DNA of 64,000 bases from Eledone cirrhosa (Eukaryota). Every line of letters starts with the position of its first letter. The stretch's first letter is position 1. A model generated the notes under the pieces. It ran no database searches. It was not told where the DNA came from and saw nothing but the letters and a program-made list of their open reading frames with translations. Positions 1 to 14,749 of this stretch are shown piece by piece. The position numbers were made by a program, and so were the translations under genes. The DNA lies in assembly GCA_964016885.1 (NCBI GenBank), contig OZ024745.1, forward strand, positions 36,890,001 to 36,954,000, in the 5' to 3' direction.

Positions 1-277
1 ATCTTTTGTTGACTGTATATTCGAATTAGCGGTGTCCAACCTTTGTTTATACGCCATTACAGCCCTAATCGAGCGTATGGCATCAGAAAGGTCCTCCATG
101 CGTGACCAACCCGTCTAGTTTGTACAACTAAAATTATACTGCCCAATGTGTCCATTATTTTATAAGGCGGTAAAATTGTGATTCATGGGAGAGATTTGAC
201 TGTTATTTGTGGAAAACGAGAAATGCAAAGACGGTTCAGAATCAGAATTTCTTAAACAAATCAAATAAGGAAATAAC

Positions 278-420
278 TATCACCATAGGCACTGAGCTGG
301 CCAGCAGCAGGTGCGAGCCTCGCGATTTGGAATGGCTTTTCCAGAGCGTCTCCCTTGCCGTCCTCCGGTGAAACGCCTTCTTCATTCTATCCGCCGGAGC
401 AGTGGAAAGGACACTAATAT
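278..420 (+). mobile_element. CRE-clade non-LTR retrotransposon, 3' coding remnant
   Basis: Translates as TIGTELASSRCEPRDLEWLFQSVSLAVLR*NAFFILSAG, near-identical to the C-terminus of the element at 44801-46488 (TIGAELASRRCEPRELEWLFQRASLAVLRGNAFSILSAG). Confidence 0.85.
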
Positions 421-914
421 GATTGACTGACTTCGCATTTTATCAGTCAACTGTTGCTGTCGTTAACATCTGTCAGTCAATTATTTAAATACTTTCATTT
501 TGTAAGCCTCGTGGAACCTAATTCCTTTCCAGGTCTGAAGAAAGCAGATTTCTTCAAGAAGAATAGGGAGTGAGAGAAAACATGTGAAAGAGATATAGAG
601 GAAGAATCGACCCCAGTACTATTGTAACTGTGGGGCAATGAGAAATTAAGAAAGGTAAGTAACAATATATACACAAACAACAAGTGTTTCAATGTCATAT
701 CCCAAATAAAGCAGAGGTTAGCCATGCGGGCCTATGCTGTCTTTTGTGAGACAGCTTTCCTGCAGGGTGTCATTCCTGGAGTCAACCCTTCTCATCGTAT
801 TACGACATGGAGTGGTACGGTGTATCTATTCTAAACCAGATACAGACAGTGATATGTTGTATATATGTATATTTATATATTATCAAGGTTTGCTCACTTC
901 CGAACCCCCTTTGG

Positions 915-950
<36 letters not shown>

Positions 951-1099
951 GGTGTCCAAAAAAATGCATACACACTTCAACAGAAGGCGTCTTTATCATC
1001 CAAACACACACACACACACACACACATCTTAATCGATCGACTTTCGTCAAATCGGACCGAGGAAACAATGTTTCCATTGGTCTTTCCAGTTGCTAGTAC

Positions 1100-1250
1100 T
1101 ATCTATCGGTCGCAACTCCAGGTAGAAGGAACAACGTCAAATAAAGTGTCTTGCTCAAGGACATAACGCATCGCCCGGTCCAGGAATTGAACTCACAGCC
1201 TCAAGATTGTGAATCCAATTCTGTAACCACTCAGCCACACGCCTTCACAC
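1100..1250 (-). mobile_element. tRNA-derived SINE, family 1 (head plus conserved core)
   Basis: Minus strand reads A box TGGCTGAGTGG, B box GAGTTCAATTCC, then TGTCCTTGAGCAAGACACTT. Related copies at about 3440-3600(+), 14030-14160(-), 23480-23615(-), 25930-26030(+), 56610-56736(-), 57230-57370(-), 59215-59300(-). Confidence 0.8.
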
Positions 1251-1610
1251 ACATATATATATATAAGATTTTAATTACTTTGAATTATTGGAAATACAAA
1301 ACTAATTACTGCATTCCCCGGTGGACGAACGTTACTTTAAAGTACATGAAAGTATTAAGACCTTGTTTTTACGTTCAGCTGCTTCTCATTTTTAAATTTT
1401 TCACGTCCAAATTGATGTGCAGCTTCGATATTAATATACATGAAAGTGCTGAAATCTTGATTTTATGTTTTTCCTGGTGGGGTTGGGGGTTCTTTGGGGT
1501 GGGGGGCATTTTCAAAGTGTTCCTGTCAAAATTGACGTGCGTTTTCGAGGTCGGAGCGTCTTCTTGACTCCGAAAATACTTTATCTCATCAACATATATA
1601 TGTGAATATA

Positions 1611-1670
<60 letters not shown>

Positions 1671-2879
1671 CTGCCTCTACTAGAAAGTTTCTTTAGTTCA
1701 TGACTGCCATAAATTCCAGAGATTTTCGAACCACTACAAATTATAATTGACAATGTGACAGCCAAGCTAAGGAGGATAGCCCGGAAATAACAATAGAAAG
1801 GATAAATAGTTTATTTTCAGGTGACGTTTATTCACCTGTTCTTACCAAACAATATAACAATTATAGTATATTGTACTATTTTAAAAACACGTCAGTCGCA
1901 CAAAATATCTCCACCATAATTAATTTCTATTGTTCTTGACTGTTGGCTATCCCATATTTAATTAGGCGACCGAATATTATACCGTAAGGTGTTTCTAAGA
2001 AGAAAAAATATGCTAAAAATCTGAAGAAATTAGTGATAATTTGCATCGGTAGAAGAAAAATATCAAACAGATGCGTAAAGGTGCGTTTTAACGCTATACC
2101 TTGCAGAGGTTCTAAATAACTTAGTCGTACACGGTATTTCATTAGAGCTCTTGGGCAGGCTAAGAAAATTAAATAACAACAACAAATTATTGTAAAATTA
2201 TCACATGCTGATTGTGTTGACGTATGTGAGGATTTTGTACAAGTAAATAATAATATTGGATTAATATTCCTGAATGAAGAGGAAATAAATAACCTAAGGG
2301 TTTTTTTAGTAAAGTGGAAGTGTTTCTTCTATCAATTGTTATAAGATGCATAGAAGTTGATTTCTCTCTTGAATCACTACACCCACTTCATTAATATCTC
2401 TGAAATGTCATTTCGTCTATAATTCTACCGTCTTGTGCTGATACAGCAAATAGTCGCTAATTTGCCAATCACTTTGTTTGTATGCTATAATTGACCATTC
2501 CACTTTTAGTCGTATTTGGTACTATATTACCGAATGAGTCATTTAAAAAAAATAAAGATGCTAGGTATGAATTGAGACAGATTTAACTATTATTTCTAGA
2601 GGTCGAAAGACAGCATTAAGACTAATTCGTGGGTTCATATTTATTTATGATGATGTTGTTGTTGTTGTTGTCGTTGTTGTTGTTGTTGCTGTTATTGCTG
2701 ATATCAGTGCCTGCTGAAGCAGAATGTTCATATTGTCATTAACGATGCTAAAATGTTTCTCTCACTGAGTTTGATCGTTTAACAGTGGAGACTGAAGTCT
2801 GTGTAAAATACATGAATACATCAACATTTAATTTGCTTGGCATTTATATTTATATTTGTGTACATCTATATTTTATTAC

Positions 2880-3020
2880 GCCAAATTGGCAAAGTTGTTA
2901 GAGCGTCGAATTAAATGCCTCGATATTCCGGCTCTGTGCACTTTGAGTTCAAATCCCGTCGAGGTGAATATTGCGTTTCATTGTCATGATATCGACAAAT
3001 AAAGTACCAGTCTAGGAGCA
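2880..3020 (+). mobile_element. tRNA-derived SINE, family 2
   Basis: TGGCAAAGTTGTTAGAGCGTCG...GAGTTCAAATCCCGTCGAGGT...AAATAAAGTACCAGT. Degenerate copies at about 3820-4030, 13570-13830, 16590-16800, 25400-25550(-), 37560-37750(-), 38070-38200, 53820-53950(-), 58020-58220, 58570-58730, 60940-61200. Confidence 0.75.
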
Positions 3021-5311
3021 GTAGATCAGAAGAATTTTTAAAAACGTCGGGTGGGATGCATTATGTGTATGTGCGTTATGTGTTCAAACCCCGCCTATGT
3101 TTTCTTGGTTCGATCTCACAATCGGCTCCCTTTCTCCTCTAGTTGTGAAGACACTGTAGAATGCCTTGCAGTATTAATTTATTATTTCCCCTTGCATATT
3201 GATTTCGTATCATGTCGAGGTCAACTTTATAGAACCCGGAAGAGCGTCAGTGTTTGTACCGGATCTTTGCGTTCATCCTTCACATCCCGTTGCACTTCAT
3301 TTATAAAATGCATTACTCATAACAATATTCCTAATTAGGTAATTTGGTGACTAATTCTATCTATAAATCATAACATATTTACTTATAAAACTGAATGTTG
3401 ATTTGGTAACCTAGATGTAATAATATTTTATTTGTGAATGCAGCATGGCCGGGTGGTTAAGAAGTTCGTTTTACAATCATGAGGTCCTAGATTCCATTCC
3501 ACTGGTTAGCATCTTCGACGAGTGTCATAGCCTCAAGACATCCCATGCCTTGTGAGTGAAGTTATGTAGACGGAAACATTTGAAAGCTTGTCGGATGAAC
3601 TGTAAGCATTATTCAACTTTGTCATACACACACTGTCACCTTAAATCTTTCCGAGAATTACTTTAACAGAACACGTGTCTATGGAGTTAATTTCACGAAC
3701 AGGCTATTCCGTTCATCAGACAACGGTAACATTTGTTGTAGAAGCCAACGGAGGTATGTTCTAAAACCTTATCTGTTTTATCATTTCGTTCAGTTTAAAT
3801 CTTTAATATCTGTACAAACTGAGTAGGAAGGTTGGCAGAATTCGTTGATCATCAGAAAAAAATTCCATTGCCCCTCTCTGCATTCTAAATTCAAATCCTG
3901 CCAAGATCTACTTCGCCATTCATCATTCAGTAGTCGATCAAAAAAGTTTCAGTCAAACATTACAGACTTTTTAATCTCGTGTTTTCCTCCAAAATGCTGT
4001 GTCTTTATAACACTGTTAGATATTAATATCTGTATAAACTATCTTCAAGAAAATAATATTTCGAAATAGATAGCGATGATTAACACTATACATGTTATCA
4101 ATACAACGTCTTCTCTATGTTGACAAAGATATCATTGCGAGATCAGAATCAAACATAAAAAACCTATTAAACTTTCTTAATAATACAGCACTTTTTCTTA
4201 AAGCTATAACTACATGAGGCAAGTGTAAACTGTTTATACTAGTGGGAGGCATTTGACCGTATCAACTATAAGTTTATCTACAAGTGTAAAATGACTAGCT
4301 TTTATAATGCAAGGCACATGCTACACTCATTTCTAACTCCAACAAAAAACGGAAGGTAAGGGCTGCAAATAAAATTTCTTATAAAGTAAAAGTAAAGACA
4401 TCATTAATGCTCTTAAACACAATATATATAGTTAAGTTATTTAGATGAGAACAGCAAAAATATTTCTTTTTCTTCTACAACGAAGCGATTTTATGTTTCT
4501 TTCTATATAAATACCAAAAACAAAGTAACGGGTGTGTGTGTGTCGATGTATATATGCGAATAAAATATGAATAAACGAGTATTATGTTTGTGTGTGTGTG
4601 TATGTCTGAGATAGAGAGTGTATGTGGGTGTGCACAAATTTCTCTCTCTATATATATATATGTGTGTGTGTGCGCACGCGCGCGCGTGTGTCTGTGTAGA
4701 ATGTGTGTGTGTGTGTGTTTGTAAGAGTGTGCGCGCGTGCTTGTGTGTGTGTGTGTGTGAATTCTTGTAACGTTTATACTTAGACATAATATTCTGTCAT
4801 TGTGCAATGGAATATAGCTAAGGTAAAAACCAAACCTATATTTATGACGAAAACTAAAAACTAAATTAAAATAAATCTTTTTTATATATATATTCTGATC
4901 GAACAAGACATGACAGAACGTGGTTTTATGGAATACAGAAATATATGGTAACATTTAGATGTGTAAACATAGCTTGGATACACACAATTGTCTGTTTGTG
5001 TGTGTACAACGAAGATACTTTTTCTATAAACTTATACGGTTTTGTGTAAAGTTTGTGAGTGAGTTTGTACGAATGTATGTGGCCATTTTTTCATCTGAGC
5101 GTGCACAGTAAAGTGTAAATAAATGTAAGGCAAATGTCTTTGTTGTAAAAAATTAATATTTTGCAAAGACATTATGTTGCTTACATCAAATATATAAGAA
5201 GAGACAGGGATTCTTCTAAAATCCTACGCAAAATTACCAGGATTTGACATTACTATCCACGTTATTTACTCGGAAAAGGCACACACAATCACATACCCAC
5301 ATATACACACG

Positions 5312-5384
<73 letters not shown>

Positions 5385-6277
5385 ACACACACACACACAT
5401 ACACACACACGCATATACAAATATACACACACAAACACGAACACACACACGCGCACACATACACACGAACACACACACACATACACACAAAGAGAAAACA
5501 TGAGTTGGAGAAAGGAACTCTTGAAATGACAGAAAAAAACAAGCTAGAATTGTAAGTGGTGAGGGCTGAACTAATACTTTTACGAAATGAATTGATACCT
5601 CGAGATATTTATTGTGACACAAGAAACTGGTGGTTTATTAAAGGAGGATGTGACTAACGCAGTAACGTCAGGGTGCCAACGTAAGGGAGACAACTGGGCA
5701 AAGGAAGCTATCGTGAAGCATGTTATCTAAATTGGATCCAACCAAATGACAATTCCTCTAGAGAACATTGAATGATGGGCTTCTATCTTCTATCTCCAAC
5801 CAATATTAAACGATGGATCTGAAATGACATTGCTACTTAACATCGGTGCGGTGGTTATGCATCGTTGGTGCATGTTCTGGCATCACTCAAGTGATCGCTT
5901 GTAGAGTATGCCTGATGGCAGAGATGGCGCTAACTTTAGGTCAACTAGGCAGCCATCTATGACACACATCTCATAGATGCGTATTACTGAACCATAAAGA
6001 ATTAGTCTCATCCAAATTTGTCTAGATAAATTTCTACAATCAATCAATATATATCTATATATAAATGAAAAGATTCAGGACCCCCGACGGCTGAGTTCCG
6101 GCCGTTCCGACAGCTAGATCCGAGTTCGGATCATCAGAGCTCCCTGATGACTTCTCCCGACCAGCGTGAAACAGACTGTCAGCTACTTTAAAACTGATAG
6201 TGCATGGTCTTCTAAATGTTTTTAATTAAACATACGGTATATTGCCAAATATGCATTAATATATTTATATATATATA

Positions 6278-6929
6278 GTAATAAGAATATTTATATTTAT
6301 ATATGTTTAATACAACTATAAATATGGAGGGTAGTACTAAGTACTAGCCGGTTACCGGTATGACAAAAGGCTCAATGCAAATTTTCAAGTGTTTTACTGA
6401 GCCGAGATACAAAGTTTTAAAACGATCAAATTTTAGTTTAGAACATTTATTTGCTGACAATTGTTTCTTCCAGAGGGAAGTCTGGAATCATCGGAGCATA
6501 TGGAATGTCGAAACATGTGACTAAAATCCTAGTCATTTAGAACATTTAGGGTACATAATTGTTGTTATGGGCATAGGCATCATGTGGAGAGTCAGGAGTT
6601 AAAAAGATGTTCTGCTTGAGAGAACACAATTACAGGCAGCACTGGTTGAAAGTGTAATAGGTATAAGCGAAAAGTACAAGCAAACAAATACAGGCAAAAA
6701 AGTTCTAAGCAAGGAAAATTGGTGTACAATGCAGGAGTCAATACAGTCAATAATGCATGTATGAGGACAGAGTTATAATGCAGTTGAAATAAACTTATTT
6801 TGTGTGGGGTGTTAAAGCATGTTATAATTGTTAGAAATGTTTAAGATAGTGTGCAATTTGTTAGAGAGGCATGTGGTGATAATGTAGGTATTTGTTATGT
6901 AAGGTGTAATGCAAAGCACGTGATAGAGT

Positions 6930-6930
<1 letters not shown>
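6278..6930 (-). mobile_element. Penelope-like element 3' region (pLTR plus tail) inserted in (TA)n
   Basis: Bounded by TA tracts, carries a hammerhead motif at 6452-6498, and has a rearranged second copy at 12268-12782. Confidence 0.7.
6452..6498 (-). ncRNA. Minimal type I hammerhead ribozyme, variant core CCGAUGA
   Basis: Minus strand: TGCT-CCGATGA-TTCCAGA cttccc TCTGGAA-GAA-ACAATTGT-C-AGCA, giving a 4-bp stem I, a 7-bp stem II, a palindromic stem III and a GUC cleavage triplet. Confidence 0.75.
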
Positions 6931-7008
<78 letters not shown>

Positions 7009-7887
7009 ACTAAATCTAATCCGTTACCATGTAGTCTAGTGAGATCCAGTGATTTTCCGTATTTCAGTTGAGTCAATTTTTCAGTTGATATACCGACAAT
7101 GAATGAGACATATAAAATAACTTGCCTTTGTTATCATTGTTAAATAAGCTAATATGTTATATACTCTTTTACTCTTTTACCTGTTTCAGCCATCCGGCTG
7201 AGGCCATGCTGGGGCATGTATATATATATATATATATTATATATGTATATATGAATTCTCTGCGAAATCTCTTGGTAGTTTATTCTATATTAGTATTGTA
7301 AAGCCGACACTTTTGAAGGTCTGCTACGTTCTTGTCAAAATTCCACTTCCTCTTTTGTCAATTTATTTTTGTTTGTTTCTTTCTTTTTTCTTTCTTTCTT
7401 TTTTTTTTTTTTTTTTTCTTTGTTCGATGTACTTTTGTTTGATATTTTATGTTGTTATTCTATTTACAACCTCTTGAGGGAGGGGCTTTAATCTTTGCAG
7501 ACACAACGAGACTGATAAGATTCAAGCTGTTGATATCTTGACCGATGATACTGTAGCTGTTGGGAGTACTAACGCCATTTCAGTAACAGCATAAACCTCA
7601 CAACTCTAATTTTTCTTATAAAGTCTCTACACTGCATCGGGGATTGGGGCGGGGGCTGGTTACCCGAGGCAAATTGATATTTAGAATTCCAAAGATTTAA
7701 CAATCAAAATCTTATCTAAACATTTTCTGTTTTGATAGAATTTTTTTAATAAAAAAAAATATAACAAAATAAGAAGGTTTGAAACGAAAAGATAAATTCT
7801 AAGATTATTTCCTACTTCTTTCAAAAATAACAAACATGAAAACCTGTGGCAGTGTTTTTTGATAAGTAATAAATATATAAATACATT

Positions 7888-8085
7888 CTCTCTCTCTCAT
7901 CTCTCTCTCTCATCTCTCTCTCTCATCTCTCTCTCTCATCTCTCTCTCTCATCTCTCTCTCATCTCTCTCATCTCTCTCTCTCATCTCTCTCTCTCATCT
8001 CTCTCTCTCATCTCTCTCTCTCATCTCTCTCTCATCTCTCTCATCTCTCTCTCTCTCTCTCACACACACACACTTACTCTCTCTC
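7888..8085. repeat. (CT)n microsatellite with periodic CA interruptions
   Basis: Repeats of TCTCTCTCTCA-like units of about 9-13 bp. Confidence 0.95.
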
Positions 8086-8092
8086 TCTCTCT

Positions 8093-8152
<60 letters not shown>

Positions 8153-8325
8153 GTGTCTGTATAAGGGTATTTTTGTATTTGTATGTTAATAAAACATGGC
8201 TTCTTGGATTCAGGTATTTGTATTTATATACCCGTCAGGCATGTGTGAGTGCGTGTTATATGTACATATATATATTTATATATTATCATATATATATATA
8301 TTCGCAAACATACATATACATCTAA

Positions 8326-8383
<58 letters not shown>

Positions 8384-8388
<5 letters not shown>

Positions 8389-8575
8389 AACCAGTAAGAC
8401 CCCGACAGCTGAGCTCAAGCCGTTTCGACGGCTAATTCAGTCCAGAATTAGCCGTCGAAACGGCTTGAGCTCAGCTGTCGGGGTCTTACTGGTTCCTATT
8501 ACCCACTCTACTACCTCAAGTATTGAGTACTTTGGTGCGTTATGGTCCACCTGGTTCCTTACCACATTTCCTTCG

Positions 8576-8577
<2 letters not shown>
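8384..8577 (+). mobile_element. Fold-back short element (family A): 55-bp perfect inverted repeat plus ~78-bp tail, between (TA)n tracts
   Basis: Arms 8384-8438 and 8445-8499 are exact reverse complements around AGTCCA. Related copies at 6068-6135, 9605-9740, 46551-46680, 46800-46990 and 47055-47118. Confidence 0.85.
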
Positions 8578-8623
<46 letters not shown>

Positions 8624-9052
8624 CGTTATAATCGCTATATATATATATATATATATATATGTTTCTGTATATATCTAGTAGTGTACACATATGTATGTAC
8701 TATATATATATATATATATAGTGCTCGATAAAATGGGTTCGACCCTTCAGTTTTGTTAAGACAACCAGCCTAAGAGGTAGAGGACATTTATTCCCCAAAG
8801 CTAGGAATTATGACATCATCTAACACGTGGAAGACCGTTCACATGTACAGGACTTGATATTATAATGAAGAGAGCGTGTGTATAGTGGTACAGACGACTG
8901 ACCGCTTTATACAAATCATGTGTGTAGATTGGTCAGTAAATCAACTGCATTTTGTGTGCCTTTTTATAAATACACTTCAGATGTCATAACATTTTGCTAT
9001 TGCCGAATCCTTGTCTGTTGTTTCCGAGAGTCCCCCCCCCACACACACACAC

Positions 9053-9606
<554 letters not shown>

Positions 9607-9797
9607 AAGGCGTGGTAAGATACCATGTGGACCACAAAGTACTCGATATTTAGGGAAGTAGAGTGGGTAATATGAAAAGAGTCAAGACCCCGACGGCTGA
9701 GGTCCGGCCGTTTCGACAGCTAGATCCGAACACCTGAATATATATTTATGTGTGTGTGTGTGTGCACATACATACATGCACATATATTTGCACTTAC

Positions 9798-9945
9798 ATA
9801 TATATATAACATATATATTGGCTTAATGGTCTAAAACGCCTAGCCGATATTTGGGAGATATGGGGTTCGGTTCCTCATGACGGCCGATGAAAACATTTTT
9901 CCGTCTTTAAAGGGTCTTTACTTTATTCTAAAAGCTATTATATAG
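9798..9945 (+). mobile_element. Short tRNA-like (Pol III) element between TA/CT tracts
   Basis: A box TGGCTTAATGG, B box GGTTCGGTTCC, downstream TTTTT. No convincing cloverleaf. Confidence 0.45.
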
Positions 9946-10056
9946 CACTCTCTCTCTCTCTTTCTCTCTCTCTCTCTATATATATATATAAAATATTGAG
10001 TTATAAACTCGAAATAGTCTTTTACAATTTCGAAGGGAATATTTCTGAGCCGTGTA

Positions 10057-11524
<1,468 letters not shown>

Positions 11525-11526
11525 TG

Positions 11527-12203
11527 CATTACCATCTTTGATTATTTACAGTCTCGCTCGTTCCCCTTATTTATGTGTCCCAACGACTTTCTTTAACCGT
11601 TGCTCGCACTAACCGGTATATGGTCTTTAAAGCGATGAACTACCAATGAGGGTTGGCAGATCACTGATGAAGGACTAAATTTATTCATATGTAACACATT
11701 TGCAACCACGCAGCATGCCATGTTTTCATATTCATATATATATATATTTTCCTCCGCTGTGACCCGTCTGTTTCTTTGTTACTGCTTCCTCTTTTCTCTG
11801 TATCTCTCACTTCCCTTTACCCCCTCTAACAGTCACTCTCTCTGTTAGCCTCTTCCTCACCTTTCACTCACTCACTCTCTGCTACTCCCTCTCCTACTTC
11901 CTCCCGTTTGACCTGTGCGAAATTCTTTCCTAACGCACACTTCGACCAGGTCGGTTGTTCTTTATTCTCTCTCGTTCACGATTTCACAGAACTTATGTTC
12001 ATCGATTTCAGGTACTTGACTCCTTCTTCCTCACTTTTCGTTACATTACCATCTTTGATTGTTTACAGTCTCGCTCGTTTCCCTTATTTACCTGTCCCAA
12101 CGACTTTCTTTAGCCGTTGCTCGCACCAAACGGAGGTATATGGTCTTTAAAGCGATGAAATACCAATGAAGGTTGGCAGATAACTGATGAAGGACTAAAT
12201 TTA

Positions 12204-12210
<7 letters not shown>
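11527..12210 (+). repeat. ~165-bp direct repeat pair (pLTR-like), about 517 bp apart
   Basis: 11527-11690 matches 12044-12210+ (CATTACCATCTTTGATT...ACTGATGAAGGACTAAATTTATTCATAT). Confidence 0.8.
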
Positions 12211-12267
<57 letters not shown>

Positions 12268-12270
<3 letters not shown>

Positions 12271-12782
12271 ATAAGAATTTTTATATTTATATATGTTTAA
12301 TACAACTATAAATATGGAGGGTAGTACTAAGTACTAGCCGGTTACCGGTATGATAAAAGGCTTAATGCAAATTTTCAAGTGTTTTACTGAGCCGAGATAC
12401 AAAGTGTTAAAACGATCAAATTTTAGTTTAGAACATTTATTTTCTGTATTAACTCCTGCATTGTACACCAATTTTCCTTGCTTATAACTTTTTTGCTTGT
12501 ATTCTTTTTCTTGTACTTTTTGCTTATACCTCCTACACTTTCAACCAGTGCTGCCTGTAATTGTGTTCTCTCAAGAAGAACATCTTTTTAACACCTGACT
12601 ATCCACATGATGCCTATACACTAACAACAATTATGTACCCTAAATGTTCTAAATGACTAGGATTTTAGTCATATGTTTCGACATTCCATATCCTCCGATG
12701 ATTCCAGACATCTCTCTGGAAGAAACAATTTTCAGCAAATAAATGTTCTAAACTAAAATTTGATCGTTTTAACACTTTGTAT
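12268..12782. mobile_element. Internally inverted copy of the 6278-6930 PLE 3' region
   Basis: 12268-12442 is co-oriented with 6278-6452, and 12443-12782 is the reverse complement of about 6407-6750. HHR motif at 12691-12737(+), again with CCGATGA. Confidence 0.85.
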
Positions 12783-13041
12783 ATATATATATGTGTGTGT
12801 GTGTGTATGTGTGTGTGTTGCATAATGCAAGAACCTCTTAAGTCATTTACATTTAATGTGTTGGCGTCCGATATTATATATGTTGGTCGAGCTTCTTTTT
12901 TTAAATCAGTCAATATTAAAAGGAAATAAAATATTTTTTAAGTTTTATTTATCGATTGAATGTGCTTTAGATGTTAATGTGTTAGACTCACGATTCTAAG
13001 GTAATGACATTAATTCACACACTATTTTATATACATATGTG

Positions 13042-13148
<107 letters not shown>

Positions 13149-14749
13149 ACACGATTGGTTTCTACGCAGTTACCGACGTCCAAATTTATCTAAACCCAAA
13201 GCTATAGTAGAAAGTATTTGCCCAAGTATCACTCAGTCATACCTGCGCCTATAACCTACAATCGCCTGAAATCGCTGCTGCTGGTATGTTGCAAGTTATG
13301 ATTACTCTTAAGACGGATTGATTTATATTGCTATGGATAAGTTGTGAGTTGGAAACGTTTTTCGGCTCAATGAGATTATATATTTATTTTCACGAGTCGA
13401 ATTCTCCTCTGCGGTCTAAAAATGGTTTCTGCTTCTTACTGGATTGTGTCTTCCTATTCTAGATATTTGCAGCATCTCTCCGTATTGCAAACTTCCCTGT
13501 TTTTATATTAACTTTTCACAGACTATAGGCAGCAAATTGATAGTATCGCTAGTGCCGCGAATTAAACGCATCTATTTGTTCCAACTCTGTTTGCTCTGAG
13601 TTCAAATCACATAGAAATCTCTCCTTTTTCTGGGTCGATAAATAAATACCTGTCCATAGGCAGTGGATTGGCTGAATTGCTAAAGAGTTGTACAGGTTAC
13701 TTTGCGGCATCTGATTCAGTTCTGCGCATACATAATTCAAATTCCGCCTCCGGCAGATAGTATCAGCAATCAAAAGACCGATGAAGACATAGTTTCCTCG
13801 GCCCACACAATTATATGTCACAGGAGGTGTTTCGAAATCTATTTACCGATGAGTTTGGCCTCCACCAGTTCCGGCTACGAGTGTTTCTGTTGTTCGAACA
13901 ATTAAAATTACCTGGTCATGAAATTAATGAAAATAATAAGTGGCTGAGCATCCCAGAGAGACGTGCACGCTTAACGGCATGACGCAGTGTGTAACGAGTC
14001 ATTTGAAATACAAGTCGAACTCATTTATTTCCATATGAATGAACTGGAGCAATATCAAATAAATTGTCTTACTCAAGGATACAACGTCTTGCCCGGTTCG
14101 GGAATCGAAATCACGACTTTACGATCGTCAACCCACCACATTAACCACTAAACCATGAATATATCATATTTCTGCATTCTCAGCAGTAACTAATTTGGGT
14201 ATAATTGTTAGTTGAGCAATGTTAACATGAATAGTTTTAACGAATTTACTGTCGTCATAAGTATAGTGTTAATTTTGGTGTAACCGATGTGATATACAAA
14301 TTTCAATGTAAACATCAAAGTTGTACACACCATGAGACTAACTTCTATATCGGACACACACATACGACACTTTCCTGTTACTCAACCATGAGTTTACAAT
14401 AAGTAGCCATTACAACACATTGCAATAGAGTTCACGAAACAAAACTATACAGAAAAATATTTGACGACAAAACTACCAACTACAAATGAACTTTCACAGG
14501 ACACGGAAAGTGGATTATGAAAATAAACAAGAATTTACAGTTAAGCAATTTTGATCTGGCGATGACGAATTTGTCAGTTACTATATTCTTATTATCCTGT
14601 GTTGCCTACGACAAAACGCAGCAATACAGCACTATCATTCAGATGATATAATCTTCTAAATGAACAAGACTCAGAGAATTGCTAAACTAGGTATCGTTAC
14701 CAATTCATTCTGCTTAAGAGGGTTATTATTGCTAACTACACGTAAACGA

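Noticed and set aside
947-980. TACAGGGTGTCCAAAA Tc1/mariner-like TIR
   Set aside because: No partner TIR found, and it is too short to call an element.
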